NCBI GenBank assembly: GCA_038245295.1
Contig: JBBRSP010000013.1
Span: forward strand, 87,414-151,413
Reading direction: 5' to 3'
Length of the DNA: 64,000 nt
Source: Candidatus Binatia bacterium
GTDB lineage: Bacteria > Desulfobacterota > Binatia > HRBIN30
Shown: positions 29,501 to 39,252 of the stretch, one piece after another
Layout: each line of letters opens with the position of its first letter
Position numbering within the stretch: the first letter of the stretch is position 1
Translations under genes and position numbers: made by a program
Notes under the pieces: generated by a model
Told to the model about the DNA's origin: nothing
The model's database searches: none
The model's input: the letters and a program-made list of their open reading frames with translations, nothing else

Positions 29501-30091
29501 TCACCACTTCCATCCCTCTCCTCCGGATAGCAGGTGAGCCGCAACCGCGACCCCCCCCACACCCAGTACCACGTGAAACGCGGTCGACAGCAACAGCCCG
29601 ACGACGGTCGAGAGTAGATACGCGTGCGCCGGGACCTGCGCCGCCCCTGCAAAGAGGTCGACCAACGGGTTCGCTCCGAGCAAAAGCCGCAGGGCGAGGA
29701 TGGTCGAGACCGGGTGGGCCCGTACGCGATCCTCCCACCGCCGGATCGAGACGGGAATGCGAGCGTTTTGCCAACCCTGGTCCAACCTGCGTGCCGCCGC
29801 GTAGGTGACCACGCTGGCGAGTAGTGCGGCGGCGAAGGAGTACGCGAAGGCGAGCGGTAGAGGCCAGACCGCGGTGGCTGCCCAAACCACCGGTGCCATC
29901 ATCAGCAGCGCGAACATGCCGACTGCCAGGGCGATGAACAGAAGCGGCCCCCACAGCCCTGCCGCGGCGATCCGTGCGTGGATCACGGCGGGATCGGTGA
30001 AGGTAGAACTCGCGTCGTAGCTCCATCCGATCACCAGGAGTGCGGCCAAGATCGCCAAGATCGCGACGGTCGCGATGGATGATTTCTTCAT
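29501..30091 (-). CDS. VTT/DedA (TVP38/TMEM64) family membrane protein
   Basis: GLWGPLLFIAL, AALLASVVTYAAAR, ILALRLL re-entrant-helix pattern. Confidence 0.75.
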   Translation of the reverse strand: MKKSSIATVAILAILAALLVIGWSYDASSTFTDPAVIHARIAAAGLWGPLLFIALAVGMFALLMMAPVVWAATAVWPLPLAFAYSFAAALLASVVTYAAARRLDQGWQNARIPVSIRRWEDRVRAHPVSTILALRLLLGANPLVDLFAGAAQVPAHAYLLSTVVGLLLSTAFHVVLGVGGVAVAAHLLSGGEGWKW

Positions 30092-30139
30092 GGGGAACGC
30101 CTCCCGACTGGTAGGCGATCACACGCCAACGCGCGCGGC

Positions 30140-30655
30140 TCAAATGGCGAGCAATCGATCCGCCTCCACGTCATATCCCGCACGGCAGAGTGCGCGGGCC
30201 ACCGCCGGCATGACTTTCGGCCCGTTGTTACAGGGGCTCGTCGGCACGTCCGGTGTGGCACGCAGCTGTTCCAACAGGTCCGAGGAAACGCCAACTGCCA
30301 GCCGGTCGCAGACCGCGTACATCCCCTCCGATCCTTCCTCCACCATGTTGTGGCGCAACAAGATCGCCCGAAGCGTCTCCACGATGCGCGGAGCGGGTGA
30401 CGGCACGAGAAGCGCCGCGATCGCGCCGTGATCGAGACGAAGTCGGCTCGCAATGGGAAGCGCTTCGCCGCCCCGTAGTCGCGCTGCCGCCGGAAGCAGG
30501 ATCTTCTCTTCCATGCCGATGTGCTTGAGCAACCCAGCGCGAAAGAGACTGTATCCGTCCAAGTCGACGTGCTCTGGATCCGCAACCGCCTTGCAGAGCA
30601 GCCCGTCCAATCGTTCGTGATCGTTCGTGAGAAAGGTTTCGATCGGTCCCTTCAT
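30140..30655 (-). CDS. Hemerythrin/HHE domain protein
   Basis: DHERLD, LKHIGMEEKILLP, DH, LRHNMVEE di-iron motifs. Confidence 0.85.
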   Translation of the reverse strand: MKGPIETFLTNDHERLDGLLCKAVADPEHVDLDGYSLFRAGLLKHIGMEEKILLPAAARLRGGEALPIASRLRLDHGAIAALLVPSPAPRIVETLRAILLRHNMVEEGSEGMYAVCDRLAVGVSSDLLEQLRATPDVPTSPCNNGPKVMPAVARALCRAGYDVEADRLLAI

Positions 30656-30729
30656 GCTTCCTCACACACTCGAGAGACGGCGCAACCGGCAGTCCTCGGT
30701 CGTTGCGGCATCAGCCACGTGACGATCGG

Positions 30730-31422
30730 TCATTTGGGCCTCTTCGCCGTAGGGTCGTTGGGTGCTTCTCGGAAAATGGGTCGAGTGTCTACCGGCGCGG
30801 CGCGGGGCGCCCATAGCGGATAGTCGATTCCGGCGAGCCGGTTGATGACGAACCCTTGCACAACGAGCAGCACCACCGCGAGCATGAGCACGGCGAGTTG
30901 CCACGGCTCGCGAAGAATTCCGAGTGAGACGATCAGGGTCGTCGCACCCGCGGGCGGGTGTGGCACCCTGAGCCACACCATCGCGCCGCTGGTGAGGCCG
31001 AGTGACAGCGCGGCGGCGGCGACATTGGTCCACTGCACGCCTGAGGCAAGGGCGGGGCCGTGTTGGGTGAGCCCGAAGGCGAACAGGGCGAGGTAGCCGG
31101 CCAGCACGCCGATCAGATGGCCGCCGAGCGTGTTGCGTGGCGACGCCGCAGGTTGCGTCGGCGTGTAGAAGAGCAGGAATGCGGTCGGCCCGAGGGATGG
31201 AAAAATAAATGGTGCGCCCGTGATCAGTGCGGCCATTGCCATCAACCCAATGGAGATGATGCCGTTCAGCAGGGCAAACAGTCCGAGCACCCCAATCTTT
31301 GAATGTCGGGCTTGCAGCGCGGGCAGCTGCAAGCGACGCGCCACACCCCAGAGCACGGCGGCCATATCTCCGCCGATCGGCCCGGGGCGCTGCGCCGCTT
31401 CGTTTTCGGGTTCGTGCGCCAT
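30730..31422 (-). CDS. HPP family membrane protein (candidate nitrite transporter)
   Basis: FPSLGPTAFL, ASPRN..GGH, HPPAGAT signature; start overlaps upstream stop (TGATG). Confidence 0.88.
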   Translation of the reverse strand: MAHEPENEAAQRPGPIGGDMAAVLWGVARRLQLPALQARHSKIGVLGLFALLNGIISIGLMAMAALITGAPFIFPSLGPTAFLLFYTPTQPAASPRNTLGGHLIGVLAGYLALFAFGLTQHGPALASGVQWTNVAAAALSLGLTSGAMVWLRVPHPPAGATTLIVSLGILREPWQLAVLMLAVVLLVVQGFVINRLAGIDYPLWAPRAAPVDTRPIFREAPNDPTAKRPK

Positions 31423-31613
31423 CAACGCAGATACCGGTAGAACGCGGCCGATCCAGCCGCCAGCACCACCGACAACGCGGCCGACGTCCACGCGAGACCG
31501 CTGTCGTGAGCGTGCAGCGCATCGAGCCCGACCGTTAGCAAAAAGATCTGCAGCGCCAGCAAGACGACAACGAAGGTTCCGATCGCTGACGATACCTCAC
31601 GCGGCCGCGCCAT
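31422..31613 (-). CDS. Small two-TM membrane protein (DUF6755-like)
   Basis: VVVLLALQIFLLTVGLDA...; TGATG-coupled on both sides within the operon. Confidence 0.7.
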   Translation of the reverse strand: MARPREVSSAIGTFVVVLLALQIFLLTVGLDALHAHDSGLAWTSAALSVVLAAGSAAFYRYLR

Positions 31614-32110
31614 CAGGCGGCCCCCGGGCCGAGCGCCCACACCAGCCCGTCGGGCCGTTCCTCGATGTCGATCCGCCCGAGCGGACGCTGCGGCGGCCCG
31701 GCGACGACTGAGCCGGTCCGCGCATCAAACAGGCCATCGTGACACGGGCAAAGCATCTGCTCCATTGCAGGGCTCCAAGTCACCACGCAGCCGAGGTGTG
31801 TGCACTTCTGACTGAAGGCGCGCAGCTCGCCGCCCTGCAGCCGGACCAGAATGGCCGGATCATCGTTCGTCGGATACCGGAACAGATAGGCCGCGCCGGC
31901 GGCTACCGCGCTCGCGGCAACGATAGAACGCGGCGCACCGCGGTTGACCGGACGGAGCGACGTCCATGCCGCCACACCCACGCTCGCCACTGCGAAGACT
32001 TCGGAGGCAAGCACGAGGTAGCGCGCGAACTCCCGCCGCGTCACCCAGTCCTCGCCCTCGGATGTGAAGGGGAAATCGAGACGCCACTTCGGCACTTTCG
32101 CGTCATCCAT
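31613..32110 (-). CDS. Membrane-anchored Rieske [2Fe-2S] protein
   Basis: CTHLGC...CPCH Rieske boxes; TRREF followed by a hydrophobic helix. Confidence 0.9.
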   Translation of the reverse strand: MDDAKVPKWRLDFPFTSEGEDWVTRREFARYLVLASEVFAVASVGVAAWTSLRPVNRGAPRSIVAASAVAAGAAYLFRYPTNDDPAILVRLQGGELRAFSQKCTHLGCVVTWSPAMEQMLCPCHDGLFDARTGSVVAGPPQRPLGRIDIEERPDGLVWALGPGAA

Positions 32111-32732
32111 GCCCGCCCTCCTCTTCGAGTCCAAAAGGATCGTCTTGCCAGGCGCGGGCCTGACGACCCGCCAGCACGTCGAGCGCACCGTCCTCGCGGA
32201 CAACGGTATAGACCTTCGTGCGCACGGTTTGACGCCCGAAGACAAAGTCGTCGACCGGCACGCCGGTGCGGCTCGCCACGAACTGGTCGCGCGTACCGAA
32301 CCACAGCGCCTGGCTCGGGCACACGGAAGCACACATCGGCGCAAGCTCTTGCGACGTGCGGTCGTAGCACATGTCGCACTTCATCATCTGATTGAGATCG
32401 ACCATGAGCTTCGGAACACCGAAGGGACAGGCGAGGACGCAGTTCGCGCAGGCGATGCATCGTGGCTTGAGGGCGGACTGCACGATCCCGTCTTCATTCT
32501 GTTTGATCGCGTCGGCCGGGCATACCTCGGCGCACGTCGGATCCTCGCAATGCATGCACACCATCGGGACTGTTTGCGTGCTCGCACCGCGGTCGACAAA
32601 ATCGAGATGAATCATCGAATGTCCGCGGTGTGTCCCGCACTCGCCGCAGGCGTGCACGCAGGATTGGCAACCGATGCAGCGGCTCTGATCGATGACAAAA
32701 ATCTTCTCGTTTGGATGGGCGAGCCGACTCAC
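32103..32732 (-). CDS. 4Fe-4S dicluster electron-transfer subunit (DmsB/NrfC family)
   Basis: Four Cys groups: [41 protein letters not shown]...CASVCP; GTGA overlap with upstream gene. Confidence 0.92.
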   Translation of the reverse strand: MSRLAHPNEKIFVIDQSRCIGCQSCVHACGECGTHRGHSMIHLDFVDRGASTQTVPMVCMHCEDPTCAEVCPADAIKQNEDGIVQSALKPRCIACANCVLACPFGVPKLMVDLNQMMKCDMCYDRTSQELAPMCASVCPSQALWFGTRDQFVASRTGVPVDDFVFGRQTVRTKVYTVVREDGALDVLAGRQARAWQDDPFGLEEEGGHG

Positions 32733-34963
32733 GAACTTCCCCCCGTTTGCAGCGCCAGCTCGCGTGTGTCGTGCACTGCCCCGCCCGGTCCGATTCGTTC
32801 GATGCGCACCGCCGAGACCTTATACTCGGGAATCTTTGAAATGGGGTCGAGGTCGCGATGCGTGAGCTGATTGGCCGCCTGCTTCCCGGCCCAGTGATAA
32901 GGGATGAAGATCGTATCGGGCCGAATTGTCTCTACGACCGCGGCCGGCAAAGTCATCGAGCCGCGGCGCGACGTCACACGGACCATGTCGCCGTTGCTTA
33001 TACCGTGACGTGCAGCGAGCACCGGATGCATCTCGCAGAGTGGCTCCGGGTACTGGGCGACCAACGGCCCGATCCGGCGCGTCTGTGTGCCAGACAGGTA
33101 CTGACTGACCACGCGTCCCGTCGTGAGCCAGATCGGGAATTCGTCGTCGATCACTTCCGCCGGTGGGCGATAGCGGATCGGGTGAAATTTGGCCCGGCCG
33201 CTCTGGGTGTAGAAGCGTCCGCCCTCATAGAGGCGAGGCGTACCCGGATGATTCTCGGCTGGGCACGGCCAGAAGACGCCGAGTTCGTCCTGTACGCGTT
33301 GCCATGTGATCCCCGTGTAATCTGCCGTCCCGCCGTGTGACGCCACGCGCAACTCGTTGAAGATCTCTTCGGTGCTCGCGTACGGAAAGTAGGCCCCCTT
33401 CCCGAGCCGCTGGGCAATGTCGAGGAGAATCTGCCAATCGAGCCGAGCATTGCCGGGCGGGCGAACAGCGGCATTGATCTTCACGACACGTCCTTCCACC
33501 GTCGTCGACGTGCCTTCGTCCTCCTCGTGCAGAGAGCCGGGAAGAACGATGTCCGCATGGTGAGCCGACTCGGAGAGAAAGAAGTCGATGACGGCGTAGA
33601 ACTCCAGTCGGTCCAGCGCCTCGGCCGTGAAGTTGCTGTCAGGCAAGGAAACGGCGGGATTGAAGCAGATCGAAATCAAGCCCTTGATCTCGCCGGCATG
33701 GATCGCGTTCATGATCTCTTGCGCGGTCTTGCCCTTGCCGGGAATCTCGGATTCCTCGCAGCCCCATACGGATGCGATATAGGCGCGGTGCTCGGGATTA
33801 GTGATGTCGCGATTGCCGGGGAGTTGATCGCATTTGTGCCCGTGCTCACGACCACCCTGTCCGTTACCCTGGCCGGTAATCGTCGTCACGCCGCAGCCGG
33901 GCTTGCCGAACTTCCCGGTCGCCAGGCCCAGATTTATGCAGGACAGAACGTTCTCAACACCCTTGGTGTGGTGCTCGATCCCGCGCGCGTGCATCAGCAT
34001 GCCGGTTTTCGACGTGCCCCACAGCTCGGCGGCCTGCTCGATCCGCTTCGCCGGAACGCCGGTCACGCGGGCCCCCCACGCGGGCGTGTACTCGCGCACG
34101 GCCTCAGCCGCCGCGGCGAAGTCTTCGGTGTGCTGATCGATGAATTCATGATCAAGCCAATCGCGTTCGATGAGGATGTGAAGAATCGTGCCCATGAGCG
34201 CCGAGTCCGTGCCGGGACGAAGGCCGAGAAATACGTCGGCCGTGCGGGCGAGCGGCGTTACGCGAGGATCGGCGACGATGAGCTTCGCGCCGCGATCGCG
34301 CGCCTGCCAGATATAACTGGTGGTGATTGGAGCACACTCTGCAACGTTGGCGCCCGCCACGAAGACGACGTCGGCGAGGGGAATGTCGCTCCATGGGTTG
34401 CTCGCTCGGTCGATACCGAGCGCTTTCTTGTTTGCGGCTCCGGCCGAGACCATGCAGAGTCGGCCGTTGTAATCCAGATTGGCCGTGCCCAGAGCCAATC
34501 GAGCAAACTTGCCAACCAGGTAGGACTTCTCGTTCGTCAGCGAAACACCCGAGAGCATGGCGAACGCATCCGGACCATGGGCGGCCTGGATGCGGCGGAT
34601 CTCGGCGACGACACGATCGAGCGCCGCGTTCCAGCCGATCGTCCGAAAGCCGCCGGGCGCGTCCGGGGCACGCTCGAGCGGCTCGATCAGACGATCGGGA
34701 TGGTTTCCTTGCAGATACCGTTTGACGCCCTTGGGACAGAGCTTGCCTTCGTTGAACGGAAACTCGTACCAGGGCTCGAACCCGACCACGCGCTCGTCGC
34801 TCACCTTGAGGATGATGCCGCACTGCTGTCCGCAAAAGCAGCAATGCGTCTTCACCTCGCGATCGATCACGAGCCCCTCGTTCCAACCGCCCGGCGGTGT
34901 CTCGTTGAGATGGGGACCGTAGCGGGCGATGAGCCCCGCTTCGCTCAGCGGCGGTTTCGCCAT
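32729..34963 (-). CDS. Cytoplasmic molybdopterin oxidoreductase, NasA/NapA/Fdh clade (probable nitrate reductase catalytic subunit)
   Basis: CCFCGQQC...LCPKG [4Fe-4S], NGRLCM (Cys Mo ligand), [23 protein letters not shown]; no signal peptide. Confidence 0.85.
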   Translation of the reverse strand: MAKPPLSEAGLIARYGPHLNETPPGGWNEGLVIDREVKTHCCFCGQQCGIILKVSDERVVGFEPWYEFPFNEGKLCPKGVKRYLQGNHPDRLIEPLERAPDAPGGFRTIGWNAALDRVVAEIRRIQAAHGPDAFAMLSGVSLTNEKSYLVGKFARLALGTANLDYNGRLCMVSAGAANKKALGIDRASNPWSDIPLADVVFVAGANVAECAPITTSYIWQARDRGAKLIVADPRVTPLARTADVFLGLRPGTDSALMGTILHILIERDWLDHEFIDQHTEDFAAAAEAVREYTPAWGARVTGVPAKRIEQAAELWGTSKTGMLMHARGIEHHTKGVENVLSCINLGLATGKFGKPGCGVTTITGQGNGQGGREHGHKCDQLPGNRDITNPEHRAYIASVWGCEESEIPGKGKTAQEIMNAIHAGEIKGLISICFNPAVSLPDSNFTAEALDRLEFYAVIDFFLSESAHHADIVLPGSLHEEDEGTSTTVEGRVVKINAAVRPPGNARLDWQILLDIAQRLGKGAYFPYASTEEIFNELRVASHGGTADYTGITWQRVQDELGVFWPCPAENHPGTPRLYEGGRFYTQSGRAKFHPIRYRPPAEVIDDEFPIWLTTGRVVSQYLSGTQTRRIGPLVAQYPEPLCEMHPVLAARHGISNGDMVRVTSRRGSMTLPAAVVETIRPDTIFIPYHWAGKQAANQLTHRDLDPISKIPEYKVSAVRIERIGPGGAVHDTRELALQTGGSS

Positions 34964-36000
34964 CAGCCGAACCCTCCAACGCGTTGCGTCTGCGCGAGCG
35001 CGACCAGCCGCCGGCGGCAAAGTGGGCAGATATCCTGATAGTGACCGCCTCCCGCAAGTTCATAGTGGAAACCGACCTGCGGGAGGACGTCCTTGAGGTC
35101 GCCGATTTGCAGCACGGAGGCGAATGCGACGCCGCACTCGCTGCAGTGCTGTGCCGGCCCTTCGGCGCCGGCCTGCACGTAGAACTGAACACCGAGATTC
35201 GCGGGGCGTTGAAAGATGTGGAAGAGTTTACCGAAGGGCAGATACATCAATCCGATGATCACGGTGAGGGCGTGAACCGTGGTGAGGAACGTGTAGAAGC
35301 GACCGCCCATCCAGAGCGTCGAAGCGGTGAGCATCAGGCCGGTAACGGAAACGGCGAAGAGTCCGGCCAGGGCGAGGAAGTCGCTGGCTCGCTCGACCGC
35401 AAGCGCTCCCGGGTCGCGTACGCGGCGACCGAGAAAGAGAAAGACACCGGCCAGCACGAGGAACGCGGCGATATCAAGGGCGTGAAACATCAGCCAGCCG
35501 ACGAAGCTGTGAGAATCGAATGCGAGGGTGCCGATGTGGGCGACGAAAGCGCGGTACTGGTCTGGGTCCTGGCCGACCGATTCGAAGTGGAGCCAGCCGA
35601 ATACCAGGGGAAAGGTGACAAGGGAGGCCAGCATGCAACCCCAGAAGACGAGCTGATGCGCGATCCAGCGCGAAGTGGAACGGTGGCGGATGAAGGTCTG
35701 GCCGGCGAGGTTCGTCGCCACCAACCCGACCAACCGCGCCAAGTTCCGCAGACCACCGGAGCGGAAGGCTTCCCACCCACGGCGATTAAGGCGCGCGGTT
35801 GGCGGACGCTGCAGCCAGACGCTGTAGCGGTAGGCGATCCCGAAAATCGCGAACAACGTCCCCAGCAAATACCCGGCAAGTGCCGCGTCGAACCACCGCA
35901 GCCCGCCGCTACCGAGCGCTCCGAGCGCGAGAGCGACCACGACGGCAAGCAGTCCCCACAGGACCCCCCTACGGTCCAATGACAGATCCGACGTCTTCAT
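34963..36000 (-). CDS. Polytopic membrane subunit (NarI-like) with C-terminal CxxC...CxxC
   Basis: Multiple TM helices with His (WIAHQL, TVHAL), PFGKLFH.FQRP, CSECG...CPLC; TGATG-coupled to the Mo subunit. Confidence 0.75.
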   Translation of the reverse strand: MKTSDLSLDRRGVLWGLLAVVVALALGALGSGGLRWFDAALAGYLLGTLFAIFGIAYRYSVWLQRPPTARLNRRGWEAFRSGGLRNLARLVGLVATNLAGQTFIRHRSTSRWIAHQLVFWGCMLASLVTFPLVFGWLHFESVGQDPDQYRAFVAHIGTLAFDSHSFVGWLMFHALDIAAFLVLAGVFLFLGRRVRDPGALAVERASDFLALAGLFAVSVTGLMLTASTLWMGGRFYTFLTTVHALTVIIGLMYLPFGKLFHIFQRPANLGVQFYVQAGAEGPAQHCSECGVAFASVLQIGDLKDVLPQVGFHYELAGGGHYQDICPLCRRRLVALAQTQRVGGFG

Positions 36001-36070
36001 TTCTTGATTCCCGCCACTCCGCTAGGTTCCTTGCACAGTTCAGCGGCTAGTCCAACAATGGTGCCGAGAG

Positions 36071-36269
36071 CTAGCGTCGGCGCAGCCGGTCGCCTGAGGC
36101 ATCGTTCCAGGGAATGCCGGTATCGTGAACCTTTCCGTCCTGGTGCCTGACCAGTGATGCGTAACCGAGCCGACGCGTGCGCCTGCACGACGGGACGAGG
36201 CCCGCAGGGAAGCGCATCGGCGCATTCGCGGCACGCGCGTATCTTCGCGAGCAGGTGCGGCAAGGTCAT
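36071..36269 (-). pseudogene. Uracil-DNA glycosylase superfamily fragment, frameshifted and truncated
   Basis: IRACREC...GPRPVVQA...GQAPGRK, then a 1-nt frameshift to VHDTGIPWNDASGDRLR and an early TAG. Confidence 0.75.
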
Positions 36270-36360
36270 TCGGATATCCACGCAGTAAAATAGCGATTGA
36301 ACAACTACAGTAGCGCACCCTGCTCTAGCGGATAGGCAATTTGCACCCCCTCCACCCGCG

Positions 36361-36503
36361 CGAACTGTGCGGATGTCCACGAGCCGTTCGATACCGTAGA
36401 CCTCAAGCAACGCGATGAAGCGCTGGATCGGCAAGGTGGAATGCCCAAGCGTGAAAACCGCATGTTCCGGCCATTGCGTTTCCTGAGAAGGATGCTCGCT
36501 CAT
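36361..36503 (-). pseudogene. DUF488 family N-terminal fragment
   Basis: VFTLGHSTLPIQRFIALLEVYGIERLVDIRTV matches the DUF488 N-terminus, then similarity stops abruptly. Confidence 0.65.
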
Positions 36504-36504
36504 C

Positions 36505-37713
36505 TCAGGCACCCCCCGAACTGACACGCCGCGCGGTCAGCAGCATGGGGCCGAAAACGATTAGAAATAGCCCGAACGCACCAACCCAGCATACCGCCGA
36601 CACGCCAAGGAGAAGTAACATGTCGTCCGTATGCCAAGACGCACAGACCCGCGTAATCGCGGCGACGTTGATGAGGATGAAAAGCGCTACCGTTGCTCTG
36701 CTTGCCGTCAATACGCGCCCGGTATGGCCAAGCGTAACGCGGGGCATCACCGCAAGGATCATGGTGGCGATGGCTCCTGCCGTGAGTGCATGAATCGCCG
36801 AGGCAACTGGAACTCCTGCATGAAGAACCGAAAGGGCGAGAAGCATGACGCCGATCACGAGCCATGCGTAGCCAACATGCAGAATGAACAGTAACGGCTC
36901 AGCCCATGTCGTATCGCCTGCCCAGCGGGCAAGACGCCACGCGTTGCATAAAGCGGCGGCGACGAGGATCATGCCTGTCACTTTAAGATCGGGCAGCGCG
37001 GCCCACAGGATAAGTCCCACGCAAAGCAAACCCACCGCCGCAGTATCAATAGCGCTATGGACCGCCGGAAGACGCGCAGCCTGCCGCTTCGACAGCCAGT
37101 TGCGCGTGAAGCTGGGGATGATGCGCCCGCCAACGACCGAAATCAGCAGGATCGGTGCCACAATGCCGAGGCGCCAGCCAAGGCCGTTCGGTACAGCAAC
37201 TTCCAACGATTCAAGATGCATGAGCAGATCGGCCACAATGAAAAGCATAAGAGGCGTGGTCATCGGCAGGTTGCGCCAGTTACGTCCGACAATGATTTCG
37301 CGGGCGGCGACCGCCAGCAGCATCACCGGAAAAGACAAATCGGCGGCGATCACCAGCCAAGCAGGAAGATCGGCCGAAATCATGCAGACAATGCGGCCGA
37401 GCAGCCACAGACTTGCAAGCATGGCCAGCGGGCCGTCCCGCACCGGAAGGCGACCGGTCCAGTTTGGAATGGCCGTCAGCAAAAACCCACCAACCGCCGC
37501 CATCACGAAACCAAACAGCATTTCGTGAATATGCCATGCCAGCGCATCAAAGCGGGTTGGCAGACGGATGTAACCGAGGAACATGAGAAGCCAAAGAGTA
37601 ATGGAGACGATGGCCCAACTCGCCGCTGCAAGAAACAGCGGTCGGAATCCGTAAGTGAGCAACGCCGGTTGTCGTAAATGGCGCTGACGCTCTTCTTCGG
37701 TGATGGCGATCAT
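36505..37713 (-). CDS. nnrS: NnrS family membrane protein (NO response)
   Basis: GFRPLFL, WHIHEMLFGF, GFLLTAIPNWTG, GGRIIPSFT, LHVGYAW, RVTLGHTGR. Confidence 0.93.
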   Translation of the reverse strand: MIAITEEERQRHLRQPALLTYGFRPLFLAAASWAIVSITLWLLMFLGYIRLPTRFDALAWHIHEMLFGFVMAAVGGFLLTAIPNWTGRLPVRDGPLAMLASLWLLGRIVCMISADLPAWLVIAADLSFPVMLLAVAAREIIVGRNWRNLPMTTPLMLFIVADLLMHLESLEVAVPNGLGWRLGIVAPILLISVVGGRIIPSFTRNWLSKRQAARLPAVHSAIDTAAVGLLCVGLILWAALPDLKVTGMILVAAALCNAWRLARWAGDTTWAEPLLFILHVGYAWLVIGVMLLALSVLHAGVPVASAIHALTAGAIATMILAVMPRVTLGHTGRVLTASRATVALFILINVAAITRVCASWHTDDMLLLLGVSAVCWVGAFGLFLIVFGPMLLTARRVSSGGA

Positions 37714-38009
37714 GACTTCCTCCGCATCGTGGCGGCTGTCTTGACAGACAGCGTTGCGTCATTGCGGTCAATGGCACGCTCAGCCACAACACGCAGAGCA
37801 TCGGATGCTCAAAGCCGCTTTGAATATTCAGACGATACATTGGATATACGGCAATAATCGCGCGCTGCAAGGTCGAAGTCGCCGATACTTCCAGTGCGCC
37901 GCAACGGGGAGCGGAGGCGATCCGCGCAGTGTCCGGCGCGAAGCTGGAGAACCGCCCCTACACTCCGCGCCGTGAAGAGAAGCGGCATCGGAGAATCGTC
38001 GTCGCCGGA

Positions 38010-38687
38010 TCACTCGCTGGCGCCGTCGGCGATGCAATTGAGCCGGGCGACATCGAGGAGCTCGATGTGATTGCGCGCCGCGCTGATCAGCCCGTCGGTT
38101 TGCCAGCGGCTGGTGATGCGGATGGCCGATTCGACGGTCGTTCCAACCATGTCCGCCAACTCCTGGCGCGTCACGCTCAGCTGCGTCCGACCGCCCTTCT
38201 CCACGCCTATCTTCGGAGCCAGAGCCAGAAGGGTGCGCGCCAAGCGCTGCTCGACGCGCTCCAAGGCAACCGAACGCAAACGTTCGTGTGCGTTACGTAG
38301 GCGCGCCGTGATCTGCTCCATGATGGCGTTGCGCAGCGTCGGGTAGCGACGACAAAGGTCCTGCACGACCGTGGCGGCAACGCGCAGTACGCTGCCGTTA
38401 TCCACCGCCACGGCGGTTGCGGGGTAAGGGCGCCCCTCGATGGCGACGACAGCGCCGAACAGCTCGCCGGCCGCCACCACTTCCAGCACGATCTCGCGCC
38501 CGGCGGGCCCCGACTTGATGATGTGTACCTTGCCCTGACGCACGACCCATAAGGAATCCGCCTTCTCTCCTTCGCCGAACAGTACCTGACCACGATGCAC
38601 CGCGACGATGCGCGCCGCTGCGTCTAGGACAGCTCGTTCGGGCTCCGGGAGAACGCGAAATCCGGGCAGGGCGGAAATTACCGTCAT
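38010..38687 (-). CDS. Crp/Fnr family transcriptional regulator
   Basis: cNMP-binding barrel (LFGEGE...GELFG), HTH TRQELADMVGTTVESAIR; no FNR Cys cluster. Confidence 0.93.
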   Translation of the reverse strand: MTVISALPGFRVLPEPERAVLDAAARIVAVHRGQVLFGEGEKADSLWVVRQGKVHIIKSGPAGREIVLEVVAAGELFGAVVAIEGRPYPATAVAVDNGSVLRVAATVVQDLCRRYPTLRNAIMEQITARLRNAHERLRSVALERVEQRLARTLLALAPKIGVEKGGRTQLSVTRQELADMVGTTVESAIRITSRWQTDGLISAARNHIELLDVARLNCIADGASE

Positions 38688-38688
38688 G

Positions 38689-38731
38689 TATGACGCGCGT
38701 CATAATCCGTATGGCCGACAAACGGTAGAGT
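38689..38731 (+). promoter_or_regulatory. Crp/Fnr-type palindromic site plus -10 box (class II promoter)
   Basis: Perfect 16-bp palindrome TATGACGCGCGTCATA (38689-38704, TGA-N6-TCA core); TAGAGT at 38726-38731 places its centre at -41.5. Confidence 0.7.
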
Positions 38732-38754
38732 CTCAGCACCCAAAGGAGGGATGT

Positions 38755-39219
38755 ATGAGCATTCTCGAGTTACTCGACCAGCAGCACCGCGAGGTGGTGG
38801 CGCGCATGGACGATATCCGTGGTTCCGCCAGCGATGGCGACCTCGAACAATTTCTCGCCTTTCTGCACGACGAGGTCGAAAGTCACTTTCGCCTCGAGGA
38901 AGAGGGTCTGTTCCCTGAACTGCAGCAGATCCCTTGGATTGCCAACGGCCCATTGCGCGTCATGGAAGTCGAACACTCTACCTTCCGCTCCATGTTGTCC
39001 GGCGCCGATGGGGCGGCGGCACAAGCGGATCTAGCCAACCTGCGCGGCCGTCTCCTCGACATCATCGGCTTGCTGCAAAGCCACATCCAGAAAGAGGATG
39101 GAATGCTCTTTCCGATGGCGTTTGAGGCCCTCGGCCCCGAGCAGTGGGAACGGATCGAACGCCTGCCCGTGATGAGGACGCACGCCGTGCCCGACGGGTC
39201 GCTTCCCGCCGGGCGGTAA
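38755..39219 (+). CDS. Hemerythrin/HHE domain protein
   Basis: QQH, SHFRLEEEGLFP, EH, SHIQKEDGMLFPMA; AAGGAGG RBS. Confidence 0.88.
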   Translation: MSILELLDQQHREVVARMDDIRGSASDGDLEQFLAFLHDEVESHFRLEEEGLFPELQQIPWIANGPLRVMEVEHSTFRSMLSGADGAAAQADLANLRGRLLDIIGLLQSHIQKEDGMLFPMAFEALGPEQWERIERLPVMRTHAVPDGSLPAGR

Positions 39220-39252
39220 AACGGCCCCAGCGTCCAGGCGCGCGAGGAAGCG

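Noticed and set aside
33527..35982. 503-aa and 332-aa + strand ORFs
   Set aside because: Antisense shadows of the Mo-module genes
35997..36527. 176-aa ORF as one real gene
   Set aside because: Chance in-frame join of DUF488 and UDG fragments
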